Shown in pieces: positions 26,031-36,814 of a DNA stretch of 54,100 nucleotides; positions within the stretch are counted from its first letter, which is position 1, and each line of letters opens with the position of its first letter. Both the position numbers and the translations under genes were made by a program. The notes beneath the pieces were generated by a model. The model made no database searches and was not told the DNA's origin. It was given only the letters and a program-made list of their open reading frames with translations. Source of the DNA: Perkinsus chesapeaki ATCC PRA-425 (lineage: Eukaryota; Protista; Perkinsozoa); the NCBI GenBank assembly GCA_013115145.1, contig JAAPAO010000198.1, positions 1 through 54,100 of the forward strand, read 5' to 3'.

Positions 26031-26582
26031 TACATACTGCTGTGAGGTACCACACACTGCCCGTGGTGATAGTAGTAGCTGGCAGGCTTCAGTTCATCTG
26101 GATGCTGTGATAGATAACACTCTCCCTGGATACATCTTAAACACCAAGAGCTTGCAAACATTCTAGTTACTTCTTCACGGAACGGTCTATTCTCCTTTAT
26201 TTATGGGGGGAGCTGACTTAAGTTACTCGATACGTCTTTCTAATATAGCCTTGCTGGAGCGTGTGCCCCGATAAGGCTTAAGAGTGCAATATACGGAGAT
26301 ATGATAGGAAATGCAGATCCGGGGCAAATATAAAGATTAGAAGCATTCCTCCTGGGAGCATTGGCGTTCGATGGATTCGAGGCTCTCATGCACACCTCCC
26401 TCAGAATCATTCAATCGACTATGTCTTGATGACGCTGGCGGGCGTATGGATCTGGCTGAGGCGGACCTCGGCATGGTAGCGAGTGTAGCTCTGCACGAGA
26501 TTAAAAATACGTACTTCCAGCACATTACAACTTCACCGTAAGTGGTGCCGTTGGAAGGCGACTTAGAACATTTTTCAGTTTT

Positions 26583-26765
26583 ATGGCGTCACCGGAGCTC
26601 TCCAAGGAGGTTTCCAAATACGCTCATCACTTCGATTCCCGAGGTCGTGCTAGAAACAAGCGTGTCCTCGAGCGGCAATCTCGCGGGAAGGGCAATGGAG
26701 GCGGAGGCGGGGCACAGACCGATCGGCTCGCACGCTACGAACGACTTGGGAAAATTAAAGCATAG
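26583..26765 (+). CDS. Small basic 60-aa protein, unknown function
   Basis: ATG just downstream of a pyrimidine tract and AG (catttttcag). Single exon, R/K/G-rich (HHFDSRGRARNKRVLERQSRGKG...RLARYERLGKIKA*). Fills the gap before mL49. Confidence 0.5.
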   Translation: MASPELSKEVSKYAHHFDSRGRARNKRVLERQSRGKGNGGGGGAQTDRLARYERLGKIKA

Positions 26766-26860
26766 CTGCTTGTTTCAGCCTCAGTTTCCGTGATCTATTC
26801 GCTTGTAGTTCCAGGGCGTCGTTGAGGATGGCTGCATTGGTCGCTTAGTTTCACATCTTG

Positions 26861-27494
26861 ATGGTCACGTCGAGATCGGTAATGGGGCAGCAGCTTCGAG
26901 GATTCTCAAAGATGGCGCGGTTCAACACCCGATCATCATCATCCAGCGAGCCTAGCATGCCCTTCCATGTGCATCGGAGCAGCGAGGACAAATTGCCTGT
27001 CCACGTTTATTATAGGAATAATCGGTCCCAGGCATTCACTCAAGTGAAGAGGATTAGGGGTGATATAAAGGTCATACAAGGAGCTACATTTGGGTGTCGG
27101 CTGTTAAAGTGTTAATGGAGGGCAGCACTTTAGGAACTAGGCAAATCTACTGTGTAAAAATCGGTAGACATCCTGCCGCGATAGTTCGAGTCCGAGAATA
27201 ACGGACTTGGCATATGTCCGGAAAATCACCGGAGGCATTTAAAAAGTAAACTTCATGAAACAAGATGAGCTTGATTGGCTTTGTGCATTTCAGTAGTCTT
27301 CGCTCCCCGCCTTTCACGTTGAGCGTCTATAGGCAGCTTGTCGGAGTGCGTGAGGTGCCTCCTTTCAGGTAGTAAAGGCCGAGTTGGAGAATATTTGTCG
27401 AACACCGGCCCGACAGTTAAGTGATAGAGTACTCGAGCTTAAAGGTGATCACAAAAATATGATACGAGCATGGTTGGCTGGAAATGGTCTCTGA
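26861..27494 (+). CDS. MRPL49: Mitochondrial ribosomal protein mL49 (Img2)
   Basis: Presequence-like N-terminus, then PFHVHRSSEDKLPVHVYYRNNRSQAFTQVKRIRGDIK|VVKAELENIC...LELKGDHKNMIRAWLAGNGL*. This matches the mL49 pattern (F.V.RS...lPVY...T.irki.GD...l.ikG.....v..wL...GF). Intron 27071-27368. Confidence 0.88.
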
Positions 27495-27564
27495 AGCGTT
27501 TCTGAATCTTTAATGTGTTTCGTCCAGTGTTGGCAAGATAGTACGCTCACCGTTCCATCTCGAG

Positions 27565-29264
27565 ATGATTCCTCTTCTTGGCGGTCTTCTCCGACCAACC
27601 CCGCGCGCTGCCGTGGGCAGCCTCGCGCCTGCCGTACGGTGGTTTTCTGATAAGCACAGAAGGATTCAGAGAGTTCGCTATCCGTGGAAGCAAGACCTTC
27701 TCAAGGAAGATTGGCAGTACCTCCATAGTGAGATGCTGGACTACTTCAAGGGCCGCCCGACTCGAGACTCAACGGTCGAAATTCATGTAGTACTCTGACG
27801 GCAGTTTAGATTCGATTCGTCCATGTCAGGCCAAAGCGTGGCCGCGGTTCGTTCAATCGCCCTATCTCGTATCAGAAGGTGAGTGCAGCTGAGTGGTGGG
27901 TGGTAGGGAGTGCCTTGGGCAGGCTATGTCCCTGGTATAATAGTGAAGCGTGGTTACGATCGGAAGGTTATCTTCAAGAAGTCTGATATAGAGTCGGTGG
28001 CATTTGATGACGACCCGCAGGCTCATGTAAGCGGTGCGGATTAAGCGTAGATCTATCTGTGTGATACTCTCTTATATACCATGATGAGAGGCTCTGTTTC
28101 CAGTACGGTAATTGATAGTTTCGCTTAATTTCGAAGCGTAGCTATGTCTGACTAGAGAGGCTTGTATGCATCAGCTTGGCAGCAGGAGCCGCGGGCTTAT
28201 AGAACTCTGTCTAGCCACTTGGCATGCCTTCGACAGCATTGTGTATAATGATATGGATCCATCACCATCATTTACCTTACTCCTCTTCACCTGTGGGAGC
28301 TCTTGCTTCATCGCATGCAGCACACACATCTTGTTGCCTGCTGAATTCTAATCGATCTTTCGCATAGTTTTGACAATACCATATGATGGAAATCTGTGAG
28401 GGCCATGCCAAATAGCTCGATGATTGAGGCGATAAGTGACACCTCCACTGTGGGCCTGCCTGTGTACGCGTCTCTAAGCAGTTTACCTTATCTTGCCTTG
28501 GCTGTTTGTAACCTACAATAAGTAATGATTCGTAATAAGTCCCTGGTGCACAGTTACAAAGATCGCCGCTTTATTTCGTTATTATCATCTTCTCAGATCA
28601 GCCATCTCTTCACTGGTCGTATGTTCCGTATTATTGTCGAGCATGAGTGGATCGAGGATTGTGTTGTGGTGGACTACAAGGCTCATCCAGTGAATCGGCA
28701 AGTGTTCTTCGTTCGCTTCAATCGCCACATTCCTGGAGTCATCACCGAGGTGATGACCGCGCTAGTTACGCTGCCCCATTGCTCGTGCTTAGATCGACGT
28801 GCCTGTTACGCTAGTAGGAGTGTTCGGCTCCCACGCCCACCTGAATCGAGCTCAGATCGACCTCGCTATGCCGACCATTAAATTGCAGTAACAGTCCAAA
28901 CTGTCATCAGCGTTGCCGACAAAGCTCAGGTGCGTCGGTGAGAAGATACCCCCACCATTCCTCGTGGACTGCAGCAACCTTCGGATGGAGGAGCCTTATG
29001 GAGCTATAACCCTCCGGGACATCATGCATCTCCTTCCTGAGGACGGCACCGCACGGTAAGCTCAACCGCTTGGCGTTGGCGGGCAAAATTGCGGACAGAT
29101 TCCACCCCTCCTACGATCTAGACGAGACGGAAATAGTGCATGCTTATCGACCATATTCGATACCAGAGCAGGACATCCCGGAGGACTACATCGATCCCAA
29201 CTTTGTCAAACAGAACAAGAAACGCTACCATCTCACATACTCGGGCTATTGGCCACGGCAGTGA
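27565..29264 (+). CDS. Mitochondrial ribosomal protein bL25 (with CTC/TL5 C-terminal domain)
   Basis: Presequence MIPLLGGLLRPTPRAAVGSLAPAVRWFS. L25 motifs GYVPGII and VVDYKAHPVNRQVFFVRF. C-domain IDVPVTLVG...IPPPFLVDCSNL...ITLRDI. Six introns join in frame, though the junction near 28054-28595 is less certain. Confidence 0.8.
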
Positions 29265-29366
29265 TGATGATGAGGGCCACGTTAACATGTGTTGTTTCTG
29301 ATTAAGACGCTTGCTGTTGTTGCGCTCTCCAGTGGGATATTGATTGAAGGTGATGCTGACTGTTGA

Positions 29367-30934
29367 ATGAACCAACAGCAACTCTACGAATACGTACGAC
29401 GGGTGCAAGTAGGACAGATGGAGTCAGCCGCCGCGTGAGAGTACTCGATCAGGCCCAGCAGCAACAACGACAGCAACAACAAACCGCAGCGGCAGCGGCG
29501 GCTGGTGTAGGTATGACAGGCATGGCTCAGCCAGGCCCAGTGTCCCCGGCCATGGCTCTTCAATTGTTAAGTCGCCAACAACAGATGTACTCCCAACAGG
29601 TAAGGTAACGGGCCTCCGATGCCTCCATTGCAGCAGCTGTTAGTAGGCTGCAGCAGCGTTCATGCCGCATGCGATGCCGGGAATGATGCCTGGAGCCGCC
29701 AGGATGATGCCCTACCCTATGGGGGTAGGTCGCTGAAAGATAGGTCGCTACTGACGAGTTACTCAGGCAGCTGGAATGCCCCGACCAGGAATGATGCCCT
29801 TTGGGATGCCTCCTTTTATGACCCGACAAGGTAGGGAAAGTGCGGAGGCTTCCGTGGTGAGGACTTGTCGCGGCTGCAGGCCCACAGCAGCCGCAGGATT
29901 CGACGGCATCGGAGATCGAGATAACAATGGCTGTGATAGAAATCAAGCTCGGTACTGATCGATTGACGTCATTGAAGATCCTTCAGCATGTTGCCAAGCG
30001 ACAAGTGAAAGCGGTAACCCTAGCTGCCGAAACAGCAGTTGAACAACGAATCTCCGAACTCAGAACCGAGGCGATAAGATGATCACGTTCCTATTGGGTA
30101 CGCCGGCAACACCCTCCAATCCTCAGTCTGTGTCTGGTTATGTTGCCCTTTGCAAGGAGACTGGTCGGATATATGTCTGCAGTTGTACGGGTGGTTGGTC
30201 CTCCCCGAATGACGCGTGCCGCTCTTCAGCCTCGAAGGATTTGGCCAATAAATTTGCTATGAACGTTAATAACCTCGCCAGGAATCGACTCAAACAGTTG
30301 CCCCACAACAGAGCGGTCGAGGTGATGCCATTTGTTTGCCTGCCACCTAGAATCGGCGATCAGATGTCTGGTGCCGTGCAGCAGTCGAGTTATCTCACAG
30401 CTGCCCATACAAGTACTTCAGCCAAAGGGATTTACAGAGTCGTCAACCTCGTGGCCGTGGCAAGATTTCCAGATGTCGTTGATGTTGTGAAGCTCGCGGC
30501 GTGAGAAGTACTTTACCGTTTCAACAACTGAATTTTTCGCTCCCTCAGAGATAAGGACAAAATATTGGAGCAAGAACATTGCGTTCGAGTGCACTTTGAT
30601 CCATCCCAGGGAGCATCAGGAACCTCCGTGGCTGTTACTATAGTATGCGAGGTTCCGCCTGGTAAGCTGGAGCGCTTGGTAATGATCGCCTGGACTTGTG
30701 CCTTCAGCTCCTACCCCGACACCACCAGAGCAGCCCGCAGCTGTGCCACAGTCCCCAGCCGGGGGAGCTGCAACACCGTCCAGCAAGCGAACGAGGCCTG
30801 AGGATGACGGCATGGATGAGCCGGAGCTCCACGTGCTTATGTCTCCCATTAATAAACGTACGGCTGCAAGAGGTCCATTCGGTGACCGTTTTCTGTTCCA
30901 GGGCCGAGGGTCGATAGCGCGGCTAGCGGCGTGA
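29367..30934 (+). CDS. Gln/Pro/Met-rich low-complexity hypothetical protein (possibly nuclear)
   Basis: MNQQQLYEYVRRVQ|AQQQQRQQQQ...|AAAAFMPHAMPGMMP...|...ILQHVAKRQVKAVTLAAETAVEQRISEL...; last exon ...SKRTRP...RLAA*. Junctions between 30080 and 30600 are uncertain. Confidence 0.55.
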
Positions 30935-31307
30935 GTGATAGCGTAGGAGTGGAAGGTAGCGACTTCTTCTAATACACGCGTAATTGGGATTCCAGGTGCC
31001 TTGCCTCCCCCAGTGGAGCCCCGGCGGCCGGAAATATACAGTTTGGTATTCCCGAGCGGACAGGTGGGATCTACTGCTATTATTGTCTTTCGTATGGCGT
31101 TCTGACAGGTTGTGATGCACGGTGGGACTAGTGGGGCCATCGAGTTTGAGGAGGTCCTTAGAAAGCATTGGCGAGAGCGAATAAGACCATTATTAGTGCG
31201 ATACAGATTTACTCCGGCTCCACCAGCCACTCCTACCTCTGAGGGGAAGAGTTCGCCGGAGACTTGATATTTAGTCCGTTCTTGCGTTATGAAAAGTGGA
31301 AAGTACT

Positions 31308-32093
31308 TTACGACCTTAAACGCAAAGCCATGAAGAAATACTTGTCACACTTATTAGTGGGCGAGTCGTTCTCTAGTAAAACTGCAATGGCTTTATCTGC
31401 AAGCTCCTTTGTTAGCCCAACCATCGGGTCTGTCTTTACCTGAAGCCAAACATACTAATACGACAATTCAGTGAGTTTCTTACAAAGTGTTGTTTAAAGA
31501 CCTCAGCGACGAGACTGTCGTGTCCAGCGGCGAGGTCGGCATCATCGAGCACCACCCAGCCGTGTTTGACAGCATCTGGATGAGTCTGGACAAACTCCAT
31601 GATAAGGTCCATCCGATCTCTCACATCACGAGTAGCGTCCGCAGCGATCCACCTAACCGATTATCGATAACATTGGGTGGCAAGACATTACTGCTGAAAC
31701 GGCGGGATACAGTAGTTGGCTAGGCATTCTTGGAGTCGGTCTCGAGTGCTCTCGAAGAATCGCCAGCTCGATGAGAGGACTATCGACGCCCCTACCAACT
31801 GGTGAGGGTTGACTCGTAGGCCGAACCTACCTGTGCTCTGGACAATCCTGCTTAATTCATTCATACAGGAACTATCTAAACATTGCATTGTGTCATTCTC
31901 TTTGGAAGGGGTGAGGTCCATCCTGAAAAGATAAAAGTACTTTAAACTTTGGCCACATTTATTTAACCTTACGATCACCAACACAACGTTTCATGCTGCC
32001 CTATAGAGTATTCAACACGAACCCGCCGACCTACGGAAAAGGGTGTAGTACACCGTCCACATCCAGGAACATTGCACGATTAAAGCCGGACAT
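31308..32093 (-). CDS. HAD-superfamily 'Swiss army knife RNA repair-like' phosphatase domain protein (HAD_SAK type)
   Basis: Spliced model MSGFNRAMFLDVDGVLHPFP|MDL...LSRIVQST|GASIVLSSSWR...|WIAAD...RMDLIMEFV...WVVLDDADL...HF|VKTDPMVGLTKELADKAIAVL. It has the DxDGV, IVLSSSWR, LDD and TD...GLT motifs typical of this family. The 3' end may splice further. Confidence 0.85.
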
Positions 32094-32525
32094 GTGACGA
32101 TAAAAAGGAGTAATATATAAATTAATACTTCAAAGGAGACAGTGGGAGCACAACTCCATACAATCTAGCCACCGGCGGTGACAGTGTACCGGCACAGTCT
32201 CATTCGCGTCACAGTGTTGCGTTTCCACCAAACTCAGGCAACACAACACACTGAGATCAATAGAAGAGCTTCGATGATGATGAAGCCGACTGGAGCGAGA
32301 ATTCGGGGCACTGGAGATCGGCTAACTAAGACTTAACAGTATCGTTCCACGCTAAAATAGTACCAGTCAAATCAAGTATAACAAACTCATCATCACGAAG
32401 ATTATAGAGTTCGCCTTGGGCGCCTTCGATCAAGCCGCCTTATGCTGCAAACTCGAGCGTCGGTAAATATCAATAATAGGCTTATAGTAATGTTACTGCC
32501 CCAATTATAGGCAACCGTACAAAAT

Positions 32526-33164
32526 CTATCCTTGCGACTCCAACAGGGGTTCCTTGTCGGGAACGACGACGGCAGGTCTCCCGAGGGCTGCCTCCTTGAG
32601 GTCTCGGTCATGGTGACGGTCGGACATCTCCCTGCTGGCAGGCGCCTGCGCTTTGTTTTTCTCCCCACTGATGCTTCGCATTCGTTTCTTCAACTCGTAT
32701 ATCGGAGGATCGGGTATGTCGCCATTCTGTAATGCGATGCACTTTGGCTTCTCGTAACGGGATGATTGTGCCGCCCCTCCTCCTACTCGTGAGCCCTCAA
32801 CATCGTCCTTATTGTTGAAGATGAAGGATCCTTGCACCCGGAATTGGTCTTGGTTTCGATACTCCTCCGAAGCATCGATCGTTATTGCCGGCAGAACTTT
32901 CAGCAGCTGATGCTTGAGTTTCTCCCCAATCCCTCCGCACCACCGACCGCATCCTCCCTCCCTCACTGCCTCCTTCGCAGCAGGCTTTTCCTCCTCCTGG
33001 AACACACCCTCCTCTGGTATCCGCGGCAAAGGCTCATCCTCAGGAATGGTCGCTGGCCTGACACAACTGGCAAGTCAGCAGCAGGTGGACGACAGGTGAT
33101 CTGTTACTCACCATGTGGGCGAGCGGTTCCGGCTGCGAGGGTCTCCTTGGCCAGGTTTTGTCAT
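32526..33164 (-). CDS. Hypothetical hydrophilic protein, two exons
   Basis: ATG 33164 MTKPGQGDPRSRNRSPTC|CVRPATIPEDEPLPRIPEEGVF... joins in frame to the 32526 ORF across a gtgagt...ccag intron. Confidence 0.6.
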
Positions 33165-33409
33165 TTAAACGTGAATATAACTCTGCCAACGCACTCTATA
33201 AAATATTAAACTGAAATATTCTTCCGCCGATTCCGCAGATACCTCACGTGGGAATCGAACTTGTGCCCATTAAACACCAGACAAGAAGTCGCAGATAATT
33301 AGTGATGACAATAGGCTACTCAGAGATATGTAGGAATGCATCGGACATGACTGCCGATGCACTTGAAACAAAAGCAATAAAAACTTATAAAGTTCGATAC
33401 CATTACCGA

Positions 33410-35032
33410 TCAGACAGCCCCGCAAACCCTCGCAAACTTCGGTGACGTCGATCCTTCTCTCATCCCGGACGGCAATCGCTCATCCGGTATGACCCCATCA
33501 AAGTCGATAGCCTCTTTAGGAGTGCTCAACTCTGACGACCGTTCGCCAGTACTCGGGATGTCCTTGGAAGCACTGCCACTACTGGCCCTCCTCCTCCGCG
33601 CCCTCCTCGCCCGTCTACGTCTGCACCACCACCGTTTCATTTTAATATACGGTGGATCCGGAAAGCTCGCCTCCACATCTCCGCTGTCCTCTAGGGTTGC
33701 CTCCAGAGTCACCGTATGCCTTCCGCCTTCCCTAGTCCTCGCAGTGCTTTGCTGCTGCTGCAGCTCGGATGATGATGATGCTGCTGCTGCTGCTGCCCTC
33801 GGCGTGAATATGAAACTGCCGGGCATCTGACTCTCATCCTCACTATGAACGTCTCGGGCAGCATCGATCGAAATGGCGCTCATAAAGTGTGTCATCGAGC
33901 TTTGCTGTCTGCCGGCATTATCGCTTCCCGTAGACAACCGCCGGACCCCCAAAGGTGGTAGTGGCGGAGGCGGTGCTGCGGCGACCGCCTCCTCGGCGGA
34001 GGTCGCCGGCTCCCCTTGAATGGTAGCAGCTTCATCAGCGCAGATATCACCGGTTGCTTGGTCTCGCTCGGAGGCACCTGTGCCCTTTCTAGGCGACAAA
34101 AGGAACACTCCGAAAAACAACACCGCGGCGGCTGTAAAAAACAGAGCAAGTTGCCAGGGATCCATCTGCTGAAATTCCTCAAAGACAATTCCACCGGAGA
34201 GCATCGTTGCCAAGGTCCAGCAGACCTGCGTCAGAGGCACGACAAACGCCCCCGGGAAAAACCTGAGAGCCCTATTGAGATGGATTACCCAGAAGAGAGC
34301 AGCCAGGACCCACAGTGCCAACACCAGGAACGTCCGTGGCTGATACAGTTCCTCAGGCTCACCCTCAACAATGCCGGCCGCAAGGACCATCGCTAGGACT
34401 TTGCCTGCCACGACCGATTGACCGCCCAAACTGGCGGCGACAGTGGAGTAAAGAAGAGGTAGAACAAAACGGGTGTACCGACCTTGAGAGCGAGGTAGCG
34501 ATAGCTCCCACTGGAGGCGTTTGGCCTTGGGAGACTTACGCAACCAGAACACTAAGACGCCGGTCCGGATCCAGAAGGCAAATGAAAGAGCCGAACACAG
34601 ACTGACAAGGCCGATAATAAAATACAAATGTGTGAAGGAAAAATAATAATCATCAAAGATCTCATCAACCGATGAGGGGTTTTCGGTTTCTACTGACGCT
34701 ACTACCAACAGTACTATAGACATAATAATGATAACAGTTCCGGTAATGTTACTGATGGTGAACTTCTCACCAAGAAGGAATCTAGCAAACAACAAATTAG
34801 AGACAAATTGTACCGCCGAGACTCCCGCCAGCAGAGATTGCGGCGCCAAGGCAAATGAACTGAAGGTGAGTATCGAACCGATACAAAAGAGCAATAGCCC
34901 AACCTTCAACCACGGGCCGTGACCATTGCGAACTGCGGCGTGGAATTTCATTAGAACTGTGCCGAGGTTGGTCGTCACTGCTCCGGCTATATTAACGCAG
35001 ATTCCGAGGGCGAACCCCCATGCGGTAGTCAT
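33410..35032 (-). CDS. NIPA: NIPA-type magnesium transporter (DMT superfamily), intronless, copy A
   Basis: About nine TM segments. Motifs GAVTTNLGTVLMK, W..GLLLFCIGSILTFSSFALAPQSLLAGVSAVQFVSN and HLNRALRFFPGAFVVPLTQVCW...GGIVFEEF. Likely start Met121 of the tracked ORF (35032). Confidence 0.88.
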   Translation of the reverse strand: MTTAWGFALGICVNIAGAVTTNLGTVLMKFHAAVRNGHGPWLKVGLLLFCIGSILTFSSFALAPQSLLAGVSAVQFVSNLLFARFLLGEKFTISNITGTVIIIMSIVLLVVASVETENPSSVDEIFDDYYFSFTHLYFIIGLVSLCSALSFAFWIRTGVLVFWLRKSPKAKRLQWELSLPRSQGRYTRFVLPLLYSTVAASLGGQSVVAGKVLAMVLAAGIVEGEPEELYQPRTFLVLALWVLAALFWVIHLNRALRFFPGAFVVPLTQVCWTLATMLSGGIVFEEFQQMDPWQLALFFTAAAVLFFGVFLLSPRKGTGASERDQATGDICADEAATIQGEPATSAEEAVAAAPPPPLPPLGVRRLSTGSDNAGRQQSSMTHFMSAISIDAARDVHSEDESQMPGSFIFTPRAAAAAASSSSELQQQQSTARTREGGRHTVTLEATLEDSGDVEASFPDPPYIKMKRWWCRRRRARRARRRRASSGSASKDIPSTGERSSELSTPKEAIDFDGVIPDERLPSGMREGSTSPKFARVCGAV

Positions 35033-35458
35033 TAAAAAGGAAAGTACCTTACAACACGAAAATCCCTTGTCAAAGAATTGAAGCCCGATCTCGCCTGGGC
35101 AGGAAGGCATGTCGGCAAACACTAATTGGATACATTTCAACTCACCGGAAAGCTTAGCAAACCGCCTAACCCTCACGGGGCGCCACCGGCCTGCCCCGAT
35201 AGGAACCCAGAAGAAAAATTTCCCACCCCATATACCCGTACTGTTACTACCGCTCCTTCCCTCAATCGCAGCTGCTGGAGAGAGTAGGGCATCACTCTTA
35301 ACGCAGATCCTCGAGGGGGTATGAAGAATCTTTAATATGATCTGTATATATGAATTTAATGATGATAAATGCAGCAGTAGCTGTAGCATCACGAAAACAA
35401 CAGCAGCAGGAGCAGCAGCAGCAGGAGCAGGAGTGAGGTAGCAAGCAATAGTACTTTG

Positions 35459-36814
35459 TCATACGGCATTTACAAACGCTCGCCTCATCGATCGCACCTT
35501 CTCGCTCTCCCGCGCTTTCCTCAGCCAACTCTCAATATAACGATTCACTATTATGTACGGCGGCTCCTTCATAATCCGGCAAACGGCATCCTCCTCGGAA
35601 ACAAAACCATACCCACCCAGGGGCACTTCCCCCGACAACATAGGCGGCAATCTCGCTACAGGATCCGCCCGCTCCTCTGATGCTTCCCACGTGGATACAG
35701 CGGCATCTATCGAGACAGCCGCCATGAACCCCGGGGACATCCATACAGGCGTTGCCACGGATGTTGCTCCCCGCTGATAGCCATCCGAAGCCCTAGTATC
35801 CGAGGTCGAGCCGATGGATACGTAACATTTATCTGGGACAGCTGTAGGAGTGGCAACTGGCCTGGGTTGGTCCAGTGGTGAGAGGAAGTAGACTCCTAGT
35901 AGTAAGGCGAGGGTCGACCATACAAAGATGCATTGCTGGGTCGATGTCATCCTATCAAATTCATCATAGACCACTCCACCAGAGACCATAGTGCATATTA
36001 TCCAACAGACTTGAGTTAGAGGCACGACAAATCCTCCAGGGAAGAGTCGTAGAGCTCTGTCAAGCTGGACAACCCACAGTGATGCCGTAAATACCCAGGC
36101 AACTAGGGCCAGTATGGTACGAGGCCGAACCAGTTCGAACCACTGACCATGAAGGGTCGCCCTGTTTACTACTAGTGAGAGCAACTTGCCAAATACGGCC
36201 GATTGAGCTCCTATAGCGGCGTTGGGCAATATAAAATTAAAGGGCAGCCATACCCTAGCAAACCTCCCTTTTGATCGCGGCTGGCCAAGCTCCCATGTGA
36301 GCCTGTTTTTCATCTTCTTAAGACCAATGAGAAATATATCCGTTCCCGTTCGGAACCAGAATGTAAAGCATAATATAGGTGTCGATACAAGCAGCACCTC
36401 AAAGAGTCGCAAGGTACCGCTGTTGTGCTGGAAGGACGCGAACCACTCGTCGAGGGTGTAGTCCGCGGGCTTCTTGACATCGCGGGAAGTTGCCACAAGG
36501 ACTGTCACTGATACTATTATCAGTACAGTGCCGGATATGTTTCGGGAGCATATGTCTTCGCCGAGGAATATCTTGGCGAAGAAAATGTTGGAGACAAATT
36601 GTACGGCCGAAACTCCAGCAAGGAGGGACTGTGGGGCGAACGAGAAGGACGAGAAGGTCAAGAGATTTCCCAGACAGAAGGAGAAGATCCCGATCTTCTG
36701 CGCAGAGCCGCAATCTTGGCGAACGGCGGCATGGTATTTAATGAGCACTGTGCCTAGGTTGGTGAGCACTGCCCCAACGGCATTAACGAATATCCCGAAG
36801 GCGAGTCCATCCAT
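35459..36814 (-). CDS. NIPA: NIPA-type magnesium transporter, intronless, copy B (tandem paralogue)
   Basis: Same motifs as copy A: GAVLTNLGTVLIK, FSSFSFAPQSLLAGVSAVQFVSN, QLDRALRLFPGGFVVPLTQVCW. Confidence 0.9.
   Translation of the reverse strand: MDGLAFGIFVNAVGAVLTNLGTVLIKYHAAVRQDCGSAQKIGIFSFCLGNLLTFSSFSFAPQSLLAGVSAVQFVSNIFFAKIFLGEDICSRNISGTVLIIVSVTVLVATSRDVKKPADYTLDEWFASFQHNSGTLRLFEVLLVSTPILCFTFWFRTGTDIFLIGLKKMKNRLTWELGQPRSKGRFARVWLPFNFILPNAAIGAQSAVFGKLLSLVVNRATLHGQWFELVRPRTILALVAWVFTASLWVVQLDRALRLFPGGFVVPLTQVCWIICTMVSGGVVYDEFDRMTSTQQCIFVWSTLALLLGVYFLSPLDQPRPVATPTAVPDKCYVSIGSTSDTRASDGYQRGATSVATPVWMSPGFMAAVSIDAAVSTWEASEERADPVARLPPMLSGEVPLGGYGFVSEEDAVCRIMKEPPYIIVNRYIESWLRKARESEKVRSMRRAFVNAV

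Noticed and set aside
29870-30075. TAF4 histone-fold resemblance of ILQHVAKRQVKAVTLAAETAVEQRISEL
   Set aside because: Similarity by eye is too weak to name without an HMM search.
30616-31230. 204-aa - strand ORF
   Set aside because: No ATG start, overlaps the last exons of the + gene, and has no recognisable motif. At most it holds extra 3' exons of the HAD gene.
35033-35392. 120-aa N-terminal extension of NIPA copy A
   Set aside because: Copy B aligns from Met121, and the extension starts at a weak upstream codon and looks non-coding.
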